The notes: generated by a model from the sequence alone, not told the origin. DNA of 63,812 nt, filler included, from Sphacelaria rigidula (GCA_964200075.2; 4 parts of 4 records of this genome joined end to end with filler, not necessarily neighbours in it); one strand, 5' to 3'; shown: positions 36,106-49,545, counted from the whole stretch's first letter. Translations and numbers: made by a program.

Positions 36106-39100
36106 GCAGTGTAGCGGTAGCGCAACCAGTCTCGCCTTCTTCTGTCCACTCATCGCCAGCTGATACTGACGCTCCCGTAATGGAATGCGCGAGGTTTTTG
36201 TTCGCAGCCGAGGCGGTATCTGCTGCAGCCGCCGGAGGAGAAGAGATCGGGTCGTCTCCGGGGCAAGCAGGTGGGGAGGGGTTGGGGTCCGCTGGGTGTG
36301 CCCCGTTGCCACCGTTGACTAGGAGGAAGACGTGGGAAAATTCCAGGACGTCGACTCCCGAGAACGGCATTGCTGCGCGTGCGTCTGGTAGTGGCGTTGC
36401 TGCTGCTTTCACCCCCGCACGGGGTTTGAACAAGAGGTGCGGTTCAATTTCCGTTTGCGCATTGATTACTTTGCCCCGTTCTCTAGACATGATGAAAATC
36501 AGTGGGGTGCGAAAATGAGGGGGATGCGATACGACGCTCAGTTTAGTCACCTCCACTCATAAGGTGACATCGTTTGCTGCTGAAGTGTGCGGATTAATGC
36601 TACAGCACTCCATTTTGTGCAATCGTGGTTCCGTGCTACGATAGGTGTATTTTGGTATATTTTGCTCTGTATGATGACCGCAGGTTTGGACCATCCAGCG
36701 CTGGCAGTAGCACGGGTAGTACGGCAGGCAACTCCAGCCCCTCTCTCACGCTGGGATCGACGGGATCTACCCCAGACCTGAGGCTACCACGTGACCTACC
36801 ACCATCTTCAAACGGCAAGAGGTCATCCTGCAGTACTCCGGTCGTCGGTGACAGGGGTGGCAGGTAGGAATTGTTTACATCCTTATGAGAGATCAAATTC
36901 TGGAATAATATTCACTTCTCGGTGCAAGGGGGAGACAGGCGGCAATATTTCCCAGGAGCCATTTCCCCAACAACTTCCTTCGGGTCGGAAACAGGAGGGT
37001 TTTTTTTTTTGGGGGGGGGGGGAGGGGGGTTACGCTTTCTCCTTTGCATGCACACAGTCAAGAAATGAAACCTGTAACCATTCAGTGCCTTCTAAAATCA
37101 CAGTAATTGAATTGCCAGCGAACCTTGTAGTGCTGTCTGACCGGTTTGTTCCGCGACGTTTGTACTACTCACCTTGTCCTCATGTCATCTGCCGTGTACT
37201 TCTATTCCTTATGCACACTGTCAGTCAGGGGTGCAGGTTGCTCGTATACTGCTTGATAGTCTAGAATCCCTGGCGCTGCCTGGGCTGTAAGAAGTAAATA
37301 CATGTTGGGGGGCTGGAGACACCTGTGAGGAATCCATATTTTCCCTGATTTTTTTTCCCGAAAACATCGGCGCGCGCGGGTGGCAGAATTGATCGATGTA
37401 TTGAGTGTCGCACAAGAGCTAATCCCGGAGGGATCGAGCAGTGGTCACATGATGGGCAGGGCGGGGGTACGGCTCCTGGGAGAAAAGTTACAAGCTCGCA
37501 TGCAGAGTTCATGGGTTGATCGTCTACTGCAGCTCGAATTTCGTGGCAAACCCCGTGCGTAGACAGCGTCATTCCTGGCGAACATGGAAAGTAGAGCAAC
37601 GACGATGCTTTCTGTCATATCCCATGGTCTCGTTCATCTTGCTACTTTCTTTTGACGTGTGCATATATCGCACGCATGAGAACAACAACTAACAACGTGT
37701 ACTCTTCATTTTTTCATGTTCCCGTCATTTTTCACCGAACCCCCTTTCCCCCCCCCTCTCGTCGTTGTCTTTTTCTTATATTCACCTTATTCCTCTTTCT
37801 ATTTACGCCATTTTCCACAACTACTCTCCGTTGTTGCTGGCTTTTCCCCCCTCTCATCGATGTTCTGAGAAGGTTCAGCGCAGTGTTCTTTCTCTACCAT
37901 AATGTACTTACTTTTGTCCTGATGATGCCATTTCCCGATGTTCTTATTGCACATACGCGTTCCTCCTGCTTACTGTCATTGTCCAACCTACCTCCCCCCT
38001 TTCATCCATTTTTCTCCGTAGGTTTGGCGCAGCGGCCGCAAGGCTGGCCTCGAAGGCTCCGCTCTTCCCACGCCCCAGTGGCAGTAGTCATACTTTACCG
38101 GCATCTTCATGCGGCAGTAGCGTGTCATCATCGGCAGCTTCCACGCCTTCCGCTGGCTGGGTGCCCTCGGGACTGCGGCGCTCCCAGCGCAATCAGAGGA
38201 ACAAGTGAGCGATGTGTTGAAGTGCCGTGGGTTACCCTGCTTCTACTTTCTCGCTATCTCTTTTTCAAGTTTTCCAAGGGTCGGACGAAATAATGATCCG
38301 TCCGGAAATTACTTGAATTTAGTGCGATTGATTCGTACAGTACGAATCAATCCTAGGGCTTTGTTTTCAGCGTTGCAACCCAGGTACACGTAGCTCAGGC
38401 ACGTGGAATGGCGTCACAGTTGCGTGGAGGCCTGTTACACCGGCGGTCGATTTGTGTTCCTCTTTCAAGCGATCAGGCCTAAGAAATCGTAGATTTGGTG
38501 ATGCGAATCGGCGATGATTCATCCGAACCGTGAAGTTTTCGGGTGTGGCGATTCTGAATACCGGCAATAGTAGTTTCTTTTGCATGTACGACATGAAAAT
38601 ACACCTTTTTTGTTCAACTCAAGCCTTTTTTTGCGTTGTGAAATGTTCATATACCCCTCCCCCCCCCCGAAGGTGAGATGAAATCGTTTGATGCACTAGA
38701 CAGTACGGACAAAATGATAGCTATGCTAGGAGATAGATGGTGGCCAGAGACGGCGAAACAGGACGGGGATAAGATATGTGAAAGGTTTTGTGTAATGTAA
38801 GGAAAAAACGTGATGAGCGCGAGCATGTTGCAGGTGTCTTTATCAGGAGTAGGAACGGTGCTCCGTCTCGAAGGGGATGCGTGGTCAATGATCAAACGAC
38901 TGAAGCAAGCGACAAATGAGTACGCCCTCGCCCCCCCCCCCCGTCCGTCTCGAACATGACGCGTAGTCAAACGGTCAAACGGTCATGGCCAGCAACAAGT
39001 TACGCCTTCACACCGCTTGGCGACGTTTTACTCCACATGCATGAACTCCGTCAAAAAGGACAAAAACAACTGCAGTTATGATGATGATTTTGTTCATAGT

Positions 39101-42100
39101 TTTACTAATACACCTGCCCCTTTTTTTCGCAACAATAAAGCGAATCTGTGTGTGCATGGACATTGCGGTGCTTCCTCTACTGCTTTTGCTCGCGTCTTCC
39201 TTGTTCTGTCGTCAGCGCCGACACGTCTGGCATGTTCAATCGAGCTCGTTTCGGACCATGGCCGTCGCTGGCACGCAATTCGGTCGGCCTCGGCAAGGGA
39301 GGTGAGGGCTGTACGGAGGACCCTTGTTGGGTTGATTTCTACGGGAGGGGGGGGATCGTACAATTGTGCAATGTGATCATTTACAAAATTGATTGCAGAA
39401 GTCAAGATATAATCTATCACCTCCATTACATTGTCCACGGTAAACGTACTCTTGCAGACTACAGTTCTGAAATGCCTGAGTTCTCGAAGGAGCAGGGACC
39501 TCGAACACGGGATACGAGTATATGGTACAGTTTTTGACAAGCCCTGCCTGGTGGCACATTGCGGTAACATTGTGGAACATGACGTAAATGCAGAGACAGA
39601 GAGGTAGCCGTGGTACCCCAAAAGGCACGAAGAAAATAATTTGAACCACTGTACGTACAAGCATCATATTATCGCGGCAGTGTGTGCTCAGGTGTCAAGT
39701 AATCGTACTGCACATGTATGCTAGTACAGTAGTAGATGGATGTCCGTGTGATGAATGAATGACAGAAACAGATACCTCCTTCTCGGGTAGCGGTATTTCA
39801 GCAACAAGATCATTTGACATCCCCTCATCGGAGGAATAACATATCTCTTTTCAAATTTACGTTCACGGCGGGCGAATCCTGCCTCACCAAATTGGCATCG
39901 GCGCCCTGTAAACAATCATAAGCTCTAGACGCGCTGATGACTACGGGATACTGAAGTTCCCTTTTACGATCCTTGTACCAATACGCGGGAGGGAGGGAGA
40001 TAACGGTCCCGCAGCTGAGTGAGAGAGATGTGTCATCCCCCCAAAAGCAGGTGCCGGCAGCAGCAAACGCAAGCCCAAGGGCAAGGGCAAGCCGGCCGAC
40101 TTCTTCTACGATGACGATGATGACGATGATGACGAGGACGACGACGACGACGACGATATCATCCCCATGTCCCTGAACCCCTCTCACCAGCGAATCCGCT
40201 GCAGGTCCGACACACTCGCCGCGATCAATGTCTCTGACCACGTGGATACCACCCTCCACGGATCTACTAGTTCCATTCTTTTAGGATCCACTGACAACGG
40301 CGACCATCATACCCACTACCAACAGTCCAAGGGCCGTTTCTCGAAGATCCCCACGACCGCCGCCCAATGTGGTGCTCAAAGCTGGGTCGGGGAAGGGCGA
40401 ATACCCGCCCCAAGCACATCTGCAATGGGGACCAATTCTCGACGCCGAGGCATGGGCCTCGGACTAACCATCGGGATCGGCGGGAAGCCGCGATCGCCCC
40501 CGCCGGATGACGCAACCATTTCACCGTCCTATTCATACACCCACTACGGATCTGGAATCACCGCCTTGTCTAGGAGTCCTCCTAACCGAAGCTTGTTCGA
40601 AATACGAGGCGGGACCTTCAACTCGGCGAGATCTGGATCTCTGGAATCTTCCGGTCAAAGCGGTAGCGAGGGGAGGGCGTATTGGCCTAGCCCGTTCGGA
40701 CGGAGTCGGCGCAAGCTTGAAAAGGCTCGACCGAACGACGACACTTGCCTGCCTTCGCCGCTTGGGGCGGGTACGTTGGGCTCGAGGACGTTGGAGCAGC
40801 AGCGTGTGGCCCTGGGTAGCGCAGGTGAAGTCTTCGTCGTGGGGGAAGGGCGGGGGTGGTGTGCGTGTGTCCAGAGGGGAGGGGACTCCCTGCGCCCTCA
40901 CGAAACCTGTGATTTGAACTCTGATCCGTTTCGCTGCTGTACTACTGTACTCTAGGACTGACCCCCCTATTGCCCGTTATCCTACAGAGATGGGATGTTG
41001 GGGCTGTCACGATGTCTATCATACTGTAGTGTGTCTTGCTTTGTTGCCAGCCCGAAAACGGAATTGATTTGTCACAGCCATATCTCATTCATTGACGCAG
41101 GCGAATTGGGCCGTGATTCGCACATCTTCTCTATCTTGTAATCGAGGGGTTGATGCCCTTTTACTCAACAGCTCGGTAATTTTTTGTCTCGATGCTTAGA
41201 CGTGATGTCGGGTAAACCCCGTGGTTTACGGAGATATCTTGAAACTAAGTCTATGCGGAAGCCCGCAATATATATAGATCGGGTGACGCTTTTTTTTGGC
41301 GTGGAAATACACGGTTCCCTTGGGCATCAGGAAATGATCGGCGCCCTCACCTTTACCCAAATAAGTAGGTATGGAGAGGTATGGCTCGCATTATATTACA
41401 TACGACATTTAATATACTTTGAGAAGAAGGACTAGATGCTCCAAATCCCAATCTTTCGCTCCAATTTTGAAACTTGTGCTTCGAAATTTGGTGCAGAGTA
41501 TCGCGAGGGAAAAATAAAAAATACAGTTGAGCACGTCAAGAGATGCATATTTTTCATGAGCTGAGACAAAACAAGACTCAATTTTCACAAGAATGTCCTC
41601 ATCTCGTAGGATGGGCGGTGGGGTGCGGATGGTCAATGTCCCGTGTGCATATTTTTGTGTTCTCCCCCTGTGATACTTCATACCGAAAATCAAAACACAA
41701 CCTCGAAATCGAAGCCGGAAAAAAATCATATGTACTATTATAGCTGGGCCAGCCTAGAGGCGGATTTGTAGTTTGAAGGCCCATTCGTCGACCAGTATTT
41801 ACAGCTGGACCCTGAAATTTGGTATGGGCAATTAAAAGGGAAAAATATAATGAAAATGCGCGTGGACCCAAAGTTTTTTGTTTTGTTTTCATGAGGTGAG
41901 GGCATTTTTCTGATACCTGAAAATCGATTATTGCCCTCAACTCATGAGAAGAAATAAGTCTTTTAGTCCGTCCACGTGTACTTTTTTTCATTGTGCCCTT
42001 TTCATTACCCATACTAAATTTCAGGGTTCAACTCTAAATATTGGCTGGCGTATGGGCCGCTTACTGTATCTATCGTCTCCCCGTGTTCTAGGCAACGTCC

Positions 42101-45100
42101 GCATAAAAAATCGTCATCATCCGCTGAATGCATCGATCGGGGTTTCACAGAGATTTTAGTATAGACGCTATCTCGGTTAGGTATAGGATTTACAAGACAT
42201 GGGGTTCAATCAACGAGAAAATATTGGCCCAGACTTTTAAGCAGATGGACACCTTCCCCCTGATTTAAACGATTAATACAGTGGGGGTCAGTTAAAATGC
42301 GACAATCAATCAATCAATCTATCAATCAATACAATATGCAGATAATGGCCCAACCCGTCTGTGTCGATGAGATATTATTTTAAAAGCTTCAATCCGTCTC
42401 CAGGCTGGGTCAGCTCGTAGTGCATGATGGGTTTTCCGGCTGGCGCAGCTCGTCCAGTGAGTGGTCCAGACAAGGTGGTTTCTGCTGCTCTGCGCTGGCA
42501 GCTTCCTATATTTTGCGAATGGTACAAGAAATGGTCGTTTTGCTTACTTCTGAACGGACCACTCTCTCGCTACAGTACCGTACGTCTGTTATGCCTGAAA
42601 ATCCGACTCTCCATCCGATGCGACTCGTTTGTGTAACCTGCGGCCCAAATAATACGATTTATCCCCGATCTGCAAATCGTGAAAGTTTCCGCGGCGCTCG
42701 ATCCTCTAGGTCAGGATCAGGATACTACAAAACTACAATACTACAATACTACTGTACATGGACTAAAAAAAATCCAAGTTGATGTGCTCCTTTGCCCTCT
42801 GATCCGGAAGGCGGATCACATTTTTTTGTTGTCCGTTACCTATTCAATTGACATAATTTTCCCATGAAGAATGACCTCAGTACCCATAGTTTCCCACCCC
42901 GGACATATCAGCTCACCGTATCTCGAGCTAGCTCTTCTCGAGGGTATAGCTCATCGATGAGCTACGTGAGCTACATGAGCTACACATGTTGACCCCGGCA
43001 TGAGCTATGCACGGTGATAGGTGAGCTAGCGCATGACTGTCCGGGGTGGGAAAATATTAAATGAGTCGTGATCATTACCTTCACTCCAGAGGACCGAGAT
43101 AACCCCAACGTGTTGGTGGAAGGGTTAACTTTTGTGAGCGATTGCTCCCTCCCTCAGTACAGATCCCAATACATTCGTGTGGGTCAGAGGGTAAGGGCCC
43201 GTTTTCATGAGACAAGAAGAAGTGAGAACGCGCCCTAAAAGTGACTGATTCGGGCGGCTTGTCATATTTTTGCCCTTCCCGATTGGTTGAGAGGTGATGC
43301 GTAACCAGCCCATTGGAAGGACATGAGAAGAAAAAAACAGGAGAACTACCAGAATCACCCTCACTTTCACGGTGCATTCTCATTTTTAGTTGGCTCGTTA
43401 ACCCTTGGACAGCAAGCGTCGCCTAGGGACAATTTTACCGGCTGACAGTCCAGAGACATCCAGGGTTTTTTTTTTCGGGGGACGGGTGAGAGTGTTTTTT
43501 TACAGGGGGTGGGGGCCTGCTCGCAGAACAGCCGAAACGTTCACCAAACCTATCATTTTCGCCTGAAACATCTCAGATCCGGATGACTGAACGGTGTTTA
43601 GAGAGTTTTCGGAAAACCTCTTTTTTGTCATTTCAGAGTGCAGATATCTTAGGATCAGAGAGCAGAATATAAGAAAAAGACACCTGATCGAAAAAAAGGT
43701 AAGGTGATACCACATTTGACGGAGTGGGGAGTAATTTTTCGTTACACTCTGATCCTGAGATATTTGCAATCTGAAATGACAAAAAAAGCGTTTTCCGAAA
43801 CTCTCTAATATTGTAGCAGCCTACGAGTCTCTGACTGGCACCGCGGGACATGTTTTCTTTGTTTTGGTTTTCTCGTCTTTTTTTTCGTGTCAAGGATCTT
43901 ATGTGCTTGGGTTTCGGCCTCCAAGCAGGAAATATCGCCATTACGCATCTTGGAAACTTTGCATCACCCCACCGAGAGGAGTCCAGCCGAATTTTCCGAT
44001 TCGCATGGCTCAGAGATTTCGATAACGTTCTTCTCACTCGAAGGAAAGATATGGCTGGAAAATAACATGCTTCACGTGAAAATACCTGCGGACACCGCTT
44101 TTTATTTTCCAGCCGAATTTTCGTACAGAGGCCGTTCTGGCAATCCTCGAGCCAAGCGAATAAAAAATGTGGGCTTGACTCCTCAAGGTGGGATGGTGAT
44201 ATAAAGTGTTCAAGATGCGTAATGATGATGTTTCCCGTTCGGGGATCAAACACTTTGTCAAATGCCTCAAAGCGTTGAAATACGACCCTCAAAAACTATG
44301 AATCGTGAGTGACAGTCTTGAGACCAACTTTTTGGGTACTCACCAATCTCGATTTGTACGCAGATCGGGGTACCTGAAGTCGAGAAGTGGAGGATCGGGG
44401 CGTAGCGGGATTTGCGTTTTGTATATTGGGATGAATATTTACACGATGCAATGGATTCAGCTGTCGGATTACAGGGGAGCAGGAATCAGGGCCAACAAAG
44501 TAGGATACAAATGGTTGATATCATATAGAAGCAGGAGGAAGAGAGGCAGCTGCACAAGGATGTAAAAAAAACCCGACAGCGCAGTACAGTGTTTGTTCAG
44601 CGAACGTCAAGCGGCGCAGGCGGCGTTTCGTTTCAGCAATATATTGTCAAGCTAGTTTGGAAGACTCAGGGGGGGCACTATCCCAGGCACTCACAGATGG
44701 CGTAATCGCAGGTGGCATCCAACCCAGACGGGGAACTCAATGGGGCGATGGCAATAATCGGATTTTAATGTAGGGCAATGACATTCAATATAGCTGGGGA
44801 AGCGGTACGCAGTAGGGGAGAAAAGAGAAGGAGACATGGATATATTAATATTAAAATGGGGAAGTGCGAGTTTGGTTATCATTTGGGACAGCAAAATCAG
44901 TTTCTTCTCTTTGTGCGCGTGCGAGTGTCAGATGTTTATTAGCGTGCTGTGCGCAAGGGGCATCAGGATGTAGAAATGCTACTCGAGAGGGCGACGGTAT
45001 ACCGTCTCTATCTTTAGTTCGATCTTTGTAGCATTTCGCACCGTCTCTTTGCATGTTGTTGTTTTCCCCTTGTCCAAGAAATAAAATTTATTTCCCATCC

Positions 45101-46568
45101 CAACAAACATTCCCATTCCATCTTCATCAATTCATTACTTCATTAATCATTATACATGCTATATTTTAAATACATCCTTATGCTTGCCGAGGAAATTTTA
45201 TTGAAATTATCCCAGATTCACAAGAAGAGCAAAACGAATTTTATGGACCCTAATTTAGGCCAAGGTGACGAAGCGAAACGGGATGTCACGATTTGGGAAC
45301 GATTATGAGGAAAAGCTGAGGTCCCTCTGATTTTGAGGAAGGTGACGTACGTACATTGACGTACGGTGGTGCGGCAACAGACGTTTGATATTTTTGCAAC
45401 CGCAGCAGAAGAGAGTCTGGCGACAGCACAGTGCCTGCCCGCGCCAGCTGCTGGAGTTGTTTCGCACGGTGTTTGACAAGCGGATGATGACTATTGACGC
45501 CGTACCCAACGGCGGTGGTAATATTTTATGCTGGTGCACTGTGCCTTCAAACTCTTCTCGCACACCGTTTACGATTCTCGCAATACCGACTGTGCCATCA
45601 TGTACTGTACCACACGGCATTATTATCGTGTGCTGTGATGATGGAGTGTCCTACACTTTACTCGTACAGTTTTACCGTGCTGTACTCGTAGGGTACCGTA
45701 CCTTTCGACACTGTACGTGCGGCATTATTCACCGCCTGCCTGCTCTTCGGCTTCACTGCAGTTTAGTACGCGATACCACACTCGTGCAGAAATGACCGTC
45801 TGTGTACAGAAGAAGTATTCAATTCACAAATCTGTGAGACTAAAAAACACTCCCTCCACAGATCTGACTTTCGCAAATATGATCCCCACCGATTTTGCAC
45901 AGAATGGGAACTCCACAGAAGAATCGAGATTCGTTCCCATGAAAGTTGGTCTTATTACACCGCAACGGCAAATAAATAGCGTTTTCGTGAGGAGTAGAGG
46001 ATATGATTGAGAGTCAAGAGTGCTCAATTACTGAATCGACAGTTTCGATTCCGAAATGCCCCTCCATGAGGCCCAGTATGCTTCCTGCAGTTTCTTGCCA
46101 CTGAAGCAAATAATCAGTGAGTACAGTAAGCACGTGCCAGTGCTACAGGCAAAGAAAAGTACGCACAGGATGAGAAATTGGTCGAGTTGAAGCGAATGAT
46201 CGAACCCACTCTCAATCAACGTTCTACTGTACTCTCAATCTCACAAAAACATTTGTTGATTTTGTAGTCCATCTGGATCATGCAAACTTTTTTTTCAGGT
46301 GAATTTCATACCGATTCAACAGATGACTTACTCTTGCGGCCAAAGAGTCTGACCGAAGCGGGCCAACCGCGGGTGGGGGCCCTTCCTTGTGAATCGACAT
46401 CATTTTCACCTGAAAACGACTGAAAGCGCTGCCGACGCACAAATGGATCCTGGGTGTAGACCATGGTTTCATACGTGGTGGGGATCCGGTCTCAACACGG
46501 GTGAAGAAGGGCAGTCAGAAAGAAGGATGCTCACGTCACCCATATTATCGATCGTGGCTCAGGTGACT

Positions 46569-46617
<49 letters not shown>

Positions 46618-47432
46618 GCAGTTAACCCTTAGACACCGAGAGTAGGTCATCTGTTGAATCTGCATCGATTTCACTCGAAAAAAGTACGCGTGATCCAGAT
46701 AAGACTACCCTCGCGGTATAAGGGTTAACAGGTCACTAGTATACTGCACTACTGCTGCTGCTCCTGCTACCATTACCACTACCACTGGTACTACTATCAT
46801 TAATAATAGTCATAATAAAAATCATCATCGTGATTATAATCATAATAAATATATAATAATTATAATAATGATGATAATGCAGGGCCGATTGTTATGTCGC
46901 TTTTTCTATGATAAATAAAATGACGCGTTACAGCAGTGTTGAAAATGTTGCCCCTACGTGAAATGAAGTACATGTTCCAAGGTCGTGCATGATGCAGCAA
47001 ATTTCAATTTTTCTCTGTCCACTGACTGACTCGCCCCGAGGAGAATTTATACTTGGTACAGAGCATCGTTGTCGTTGTACCGCACTCCACCGAACTGTAT
47101 TTTGGTGTATTTCATACTGCTGTACTGTTGTACAGTAGAGGCTAGAAACAGGTTCAATATGACAATAGTACGAGTACGAGTACTGTACTCAGGTATTTTT
47201 CATGATGATTCAGTCTCTTTACGGGCCGCCGTACACTGACTTGACTAACCTCCTCTCGTCGACCATGCATCCGTACGGCGAACCTCGTTTATTTCTTGCA
47301 GGATCGGCAATCATTCCAGGCGTCGCGAAGAACATGTCTGATTTTTTTGCAAGCGAAGACCCGTCTGCCGCGAGCGAGGCAGCAGCCAAGAAGCGGATGT
47401 TGACCATATTCGCTTCTATGCCGGATGCTGAG
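34407..47432 (+). CDS. Large low-complexity (Ser/Ala/Gly/Asp-rich) protein with a degenerate PH-like segment; multi-exon, 3'-partial, possibly pseudogenising
   Basis: Phase-compatible exons 34407-36436, 36684-36863, 38022-38204, 39216-39301 and 40051-40824 (KPKGKGK, poly-Asp). Weaker candidates: 41331-41364, 42404-42521 (LVVHDGF..W/TRWFLLLCAGSFLYFAN, needs a frameshift), 43090-43133, 45406-45517 and 47302-47432. Confidence 0.7.
38290..38540 (-). repeat. Dispersed repeat family A, copy 3 (intronic)
   Basis: Reverse complement of 8155-8400. Confidence 0.8.
38654..39008 (+). mobile_element. LINE 3' fragment between oligo-C tracts, followed by a second degenerate mini-tail
   Basis: agatagatggtggccagagacggcgaaacagga...aaatgagtacgccctcgcccccccccccc, then ccgtctcgaacatgacgcgtagtcaaacggtcaaacgg...agcaacaagttacgcc. 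Confidence 0.8.
41742..42060. mobile_element. Inverted-repeat (MITE/foldback-like) element, family B copy 1
   Basis: ggcccattcg...gctggaccctgaaatttggtatggg is inverted as cccatactaaatttcagggttcaac...tatgggcc; homologous to 48245-48550. Confidence 0.7.
42282..42330 (+). repeat. Retroposon-like terminus with an (AATC)n tail
   Basis: gggggtcagttaaaatgcgacaatcaatcaatcaatctatcaatcaat. Confidence 0.55.
42889..43054. mobile_element. TA-flanked MITE with internal (GAGCTA) repeats
   Basis: TIRs tttcccaccccggaca / tgtccggggtgggaaa, with TA nearby on both sides. Related gagctagctc motifs occur at ~4010-4085. Confidence 0.75.
43601..43805. mobile_element. TA-flanked (Tc1/mariner-type) MITE
   Basis: TA|gagagttttcggaaaac...ttttgtcatttcagagtgcagatatc ... 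gatatttgcaatctgaaatgacaaaa...gttttccgaaactctc|TA. Confidence 0.85.
43905..44253. mobile_element. Inverted-repeat element, family C; partial copy at 62215-62390
   Basis: ccaagcaggaaatatcgccattacgcatcttggaaactttg is inverted as taaagtgttcaagatgcgtaatgatgatgtttcccg. Confidence 0.65.
46573..46612. repeat. (CA)n microsatellite
   Basis: Direct reading of the sequence. Confidence 0.95.
46626..46724. mobile_element. piggyBac-type MITE (99 bp) with TTAA target-site duplications
   Basis: TTAA|CCCttagacaccgagagtag...ctaccctcgcggtataaGGG|TTAA; a degenerate inverted copy lies at ~46265-46350. Confidence 0.85.
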
Positions 47433-47675
47433 GTGGGGCGAATTGCGCCGGCTCGCCGCTCGAGACGCATGCACCGTCAATCCGGGAGGTAACGAGTTAT
47501 TCCTATGATTCTTTCTCCAAGCTTGCGGCGTGTCAATTTTTGCGGTAGTACGGAGCCTGCGTTCGATTTTGCTCTCGTTAGATGTAAGGCAACGACACAG
47601 CACCTCACTAATCCTTGTTGAATATTGTACAAGTCCATGGCACGAGCTCGTTGTTACGAGTACAAGAACAGCCTC

Positions 47676-47742
<67 letters not shown>

Positions 47743-47764
47743 GCTGTTGCTGCTGCTATTGTTG
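47676..47764. repeat. (GTT)n microsatellite
   Basis: About 22 pure gtt units followed by gct variants. Confidence 0.95.
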
Positions 47765-47842
47765 TACATGTACTGAATGCATCCATTTCTTTGTCGTCCC
47801 CCGCACCAAATTTGTACTTGGAGAGTGGCTACAGCCTGGGCC

Positions 47843-47942
47843 NNNNNNNNNNNNNNNNNNNNNNNNNNNNNNNNNNNNNNNNNNNNTTAATTAATTAANN
47901 NNNNNNNNNNNNNNNNNNNNNNNNNNNNNNNNNNNNNNNNNN
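47843..47942. other. Artificial contig linker (N44-TTAATTAATTAA-N44)
   Basis: Identical 100-bp spacer. Confidence 0.98.
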
Positions 47943-48244
47943 AAAGAAAAAAAAGAAGGAGGGGGGGGAGGGGTGATAAGGTAAAAAAAAAAAAAAAAAG
48001 ATTTGTTTTTTTTGGGGGGGGGGGGGGGGGGGGAAGGTTGGGGCGGTTCTTGTAATAAATGATCGCTACCATACTATAACGCCCTAAACCAGTGAAAGGA
48101 ACAAAAAAAACCTGACCCACTTGTTTTGGTCCATTATGCCCTAGCGAGGTCCCACAAAAAAAATTAATACACAAACACCAAACGTGGACCGGTAAGCGAC
48201 TTGCCAAATACTCTTCCGAATTTTGACCGACCCGGTTTCTAAAC

Positions 48245-48550
48245 GGCCCATTCGCAATATCATACTCAAAGCTGGACCCTAAAAATTGGTATGGACAAAT
48301 AATAGGGCATAATAAAAAACGTTATGCGTGGACCCAAAGAAGTTTTTTTATCATTGAAAGGCAGGAATCAACATTTTCAGGGTTCAGTAAAATGCCGTTA
48401 AATCATGAAAAAACCAAACCTTCGGGTCGATGTGTAATTGATTTTAATATGCCTTATTGATTGTCCATACCAAATTTTACGGTCCGACTCCAAATATTGA
48501 ATCACGCATGGGCCTGCAAACTCCAAATCCACTTCTAAACTGGCCCAGCT
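48245..48550. mobile_element. Inverted-repeat element, family B copy 2
   Basis: ggcccattcgc...gctggaccctaaaaattggtatggac ... gtccataccaaattttacggtccgac...gggcctgcaaactccaaatccacttctaaactggcccagc. Confidence 0.7.
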
Positions 48551-48809
48551 CGTACCACGAGTGCTGTCTGTAGTTGTACTGCTGTCAAGTGCAGGCTTCA
48601 ATTCTACTGTCAGTTTGCTCGTAATAATGTAAGCATCTTTGTTATCAACTCACCATACTGAAATTGGTATAAGAACAGCCGGTAACGGCAAGCGTCAAAT
48701 GAACTGGATAAATTGGAATCCTCATTACCACTTCCACTTAAACTCAAGTTCCAGTTTAACCGCCAGTACAAACCGATCCAGTTCACAGCTCTATGTATTA
48801 CTAGTCATT

Positions 48810-49545
48810 TTTTAGCATCCTAGTACTGTCTTAGATACTACCGTCTGTACTGTTTCTAGCTTCTTCACCAACTTCGCGTTCCCCTCCCATACCTCCCCTG
48901 CATATTCCAGCTTTGATTCAATCACACTCATCAGAACACATATCTTGATCCTAGTATCAAGGTGCCAGTCTCTTAGAATCACGTCCATCCTGCCTATCTG
49001 TGCCTTACCCCTTCTATTAATTCGTTTATGTGTGCATCCTAAGAACAGTTATTCGAGATCTCTACTCCAAGGCATGTGCAATGCTCCGCGGCCGGCAATT
49101 AATTACTCTTCTCCTCACTTCTATTCGAACTTTACCGGGTTTTCCCGATCTTCGTTACATACACGTACCGCGTATTTGTTAACGTTCGCTGTCAATCTCC
49201 ATTTCCTAGTGTATTCCAGCGCTCTTTCCATATGCTTCTGCAATCCGTTTCGGGTTTCTGATATCCCCACGAAAATCACTCGCGAACATCAATCCAGAAA
49301 TCGTATATTTTCTTCATCGTAACTCCTTGCTTTGTTGCTTCTAATGCTATTATCGGGTCATCAACATGTATATATTTGATAAAGTGGATGAAAACGTACA
49401 TCCTTGCGCAACTCCTTGCAACACATGACCGCATTGCTTCCCCCATCTAGCATCATAGCCATTTTCGCATATTCTGTTATCGTCTTCACCATTCTCCACA
49501 TTTTTCCTCCAATGCCAGTTTCCCACATCTTTTTCACAGCTCGAG
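48810..49545 (-). mobile_element. Decayed LINE RT fragment
   Basis: Minus-strand WETGIGGKMWRMVK and LQGVAQGCTFSSTL match the RT of the LINE at ~54900-55900. Confidence 0.85.

Noticed and set aside
35336..36556. Minus-strand Pro/Arg/Ala-rich ORFs
   Set aside because: Antisense shadows of the GC-rich plus-strand exon and its (GGC)n tract.
47289..47898. Poly-Thr, poly-Val and poly-Cys ORFs
   Set aside because: These are translations of a (GTT)n microsatellite.
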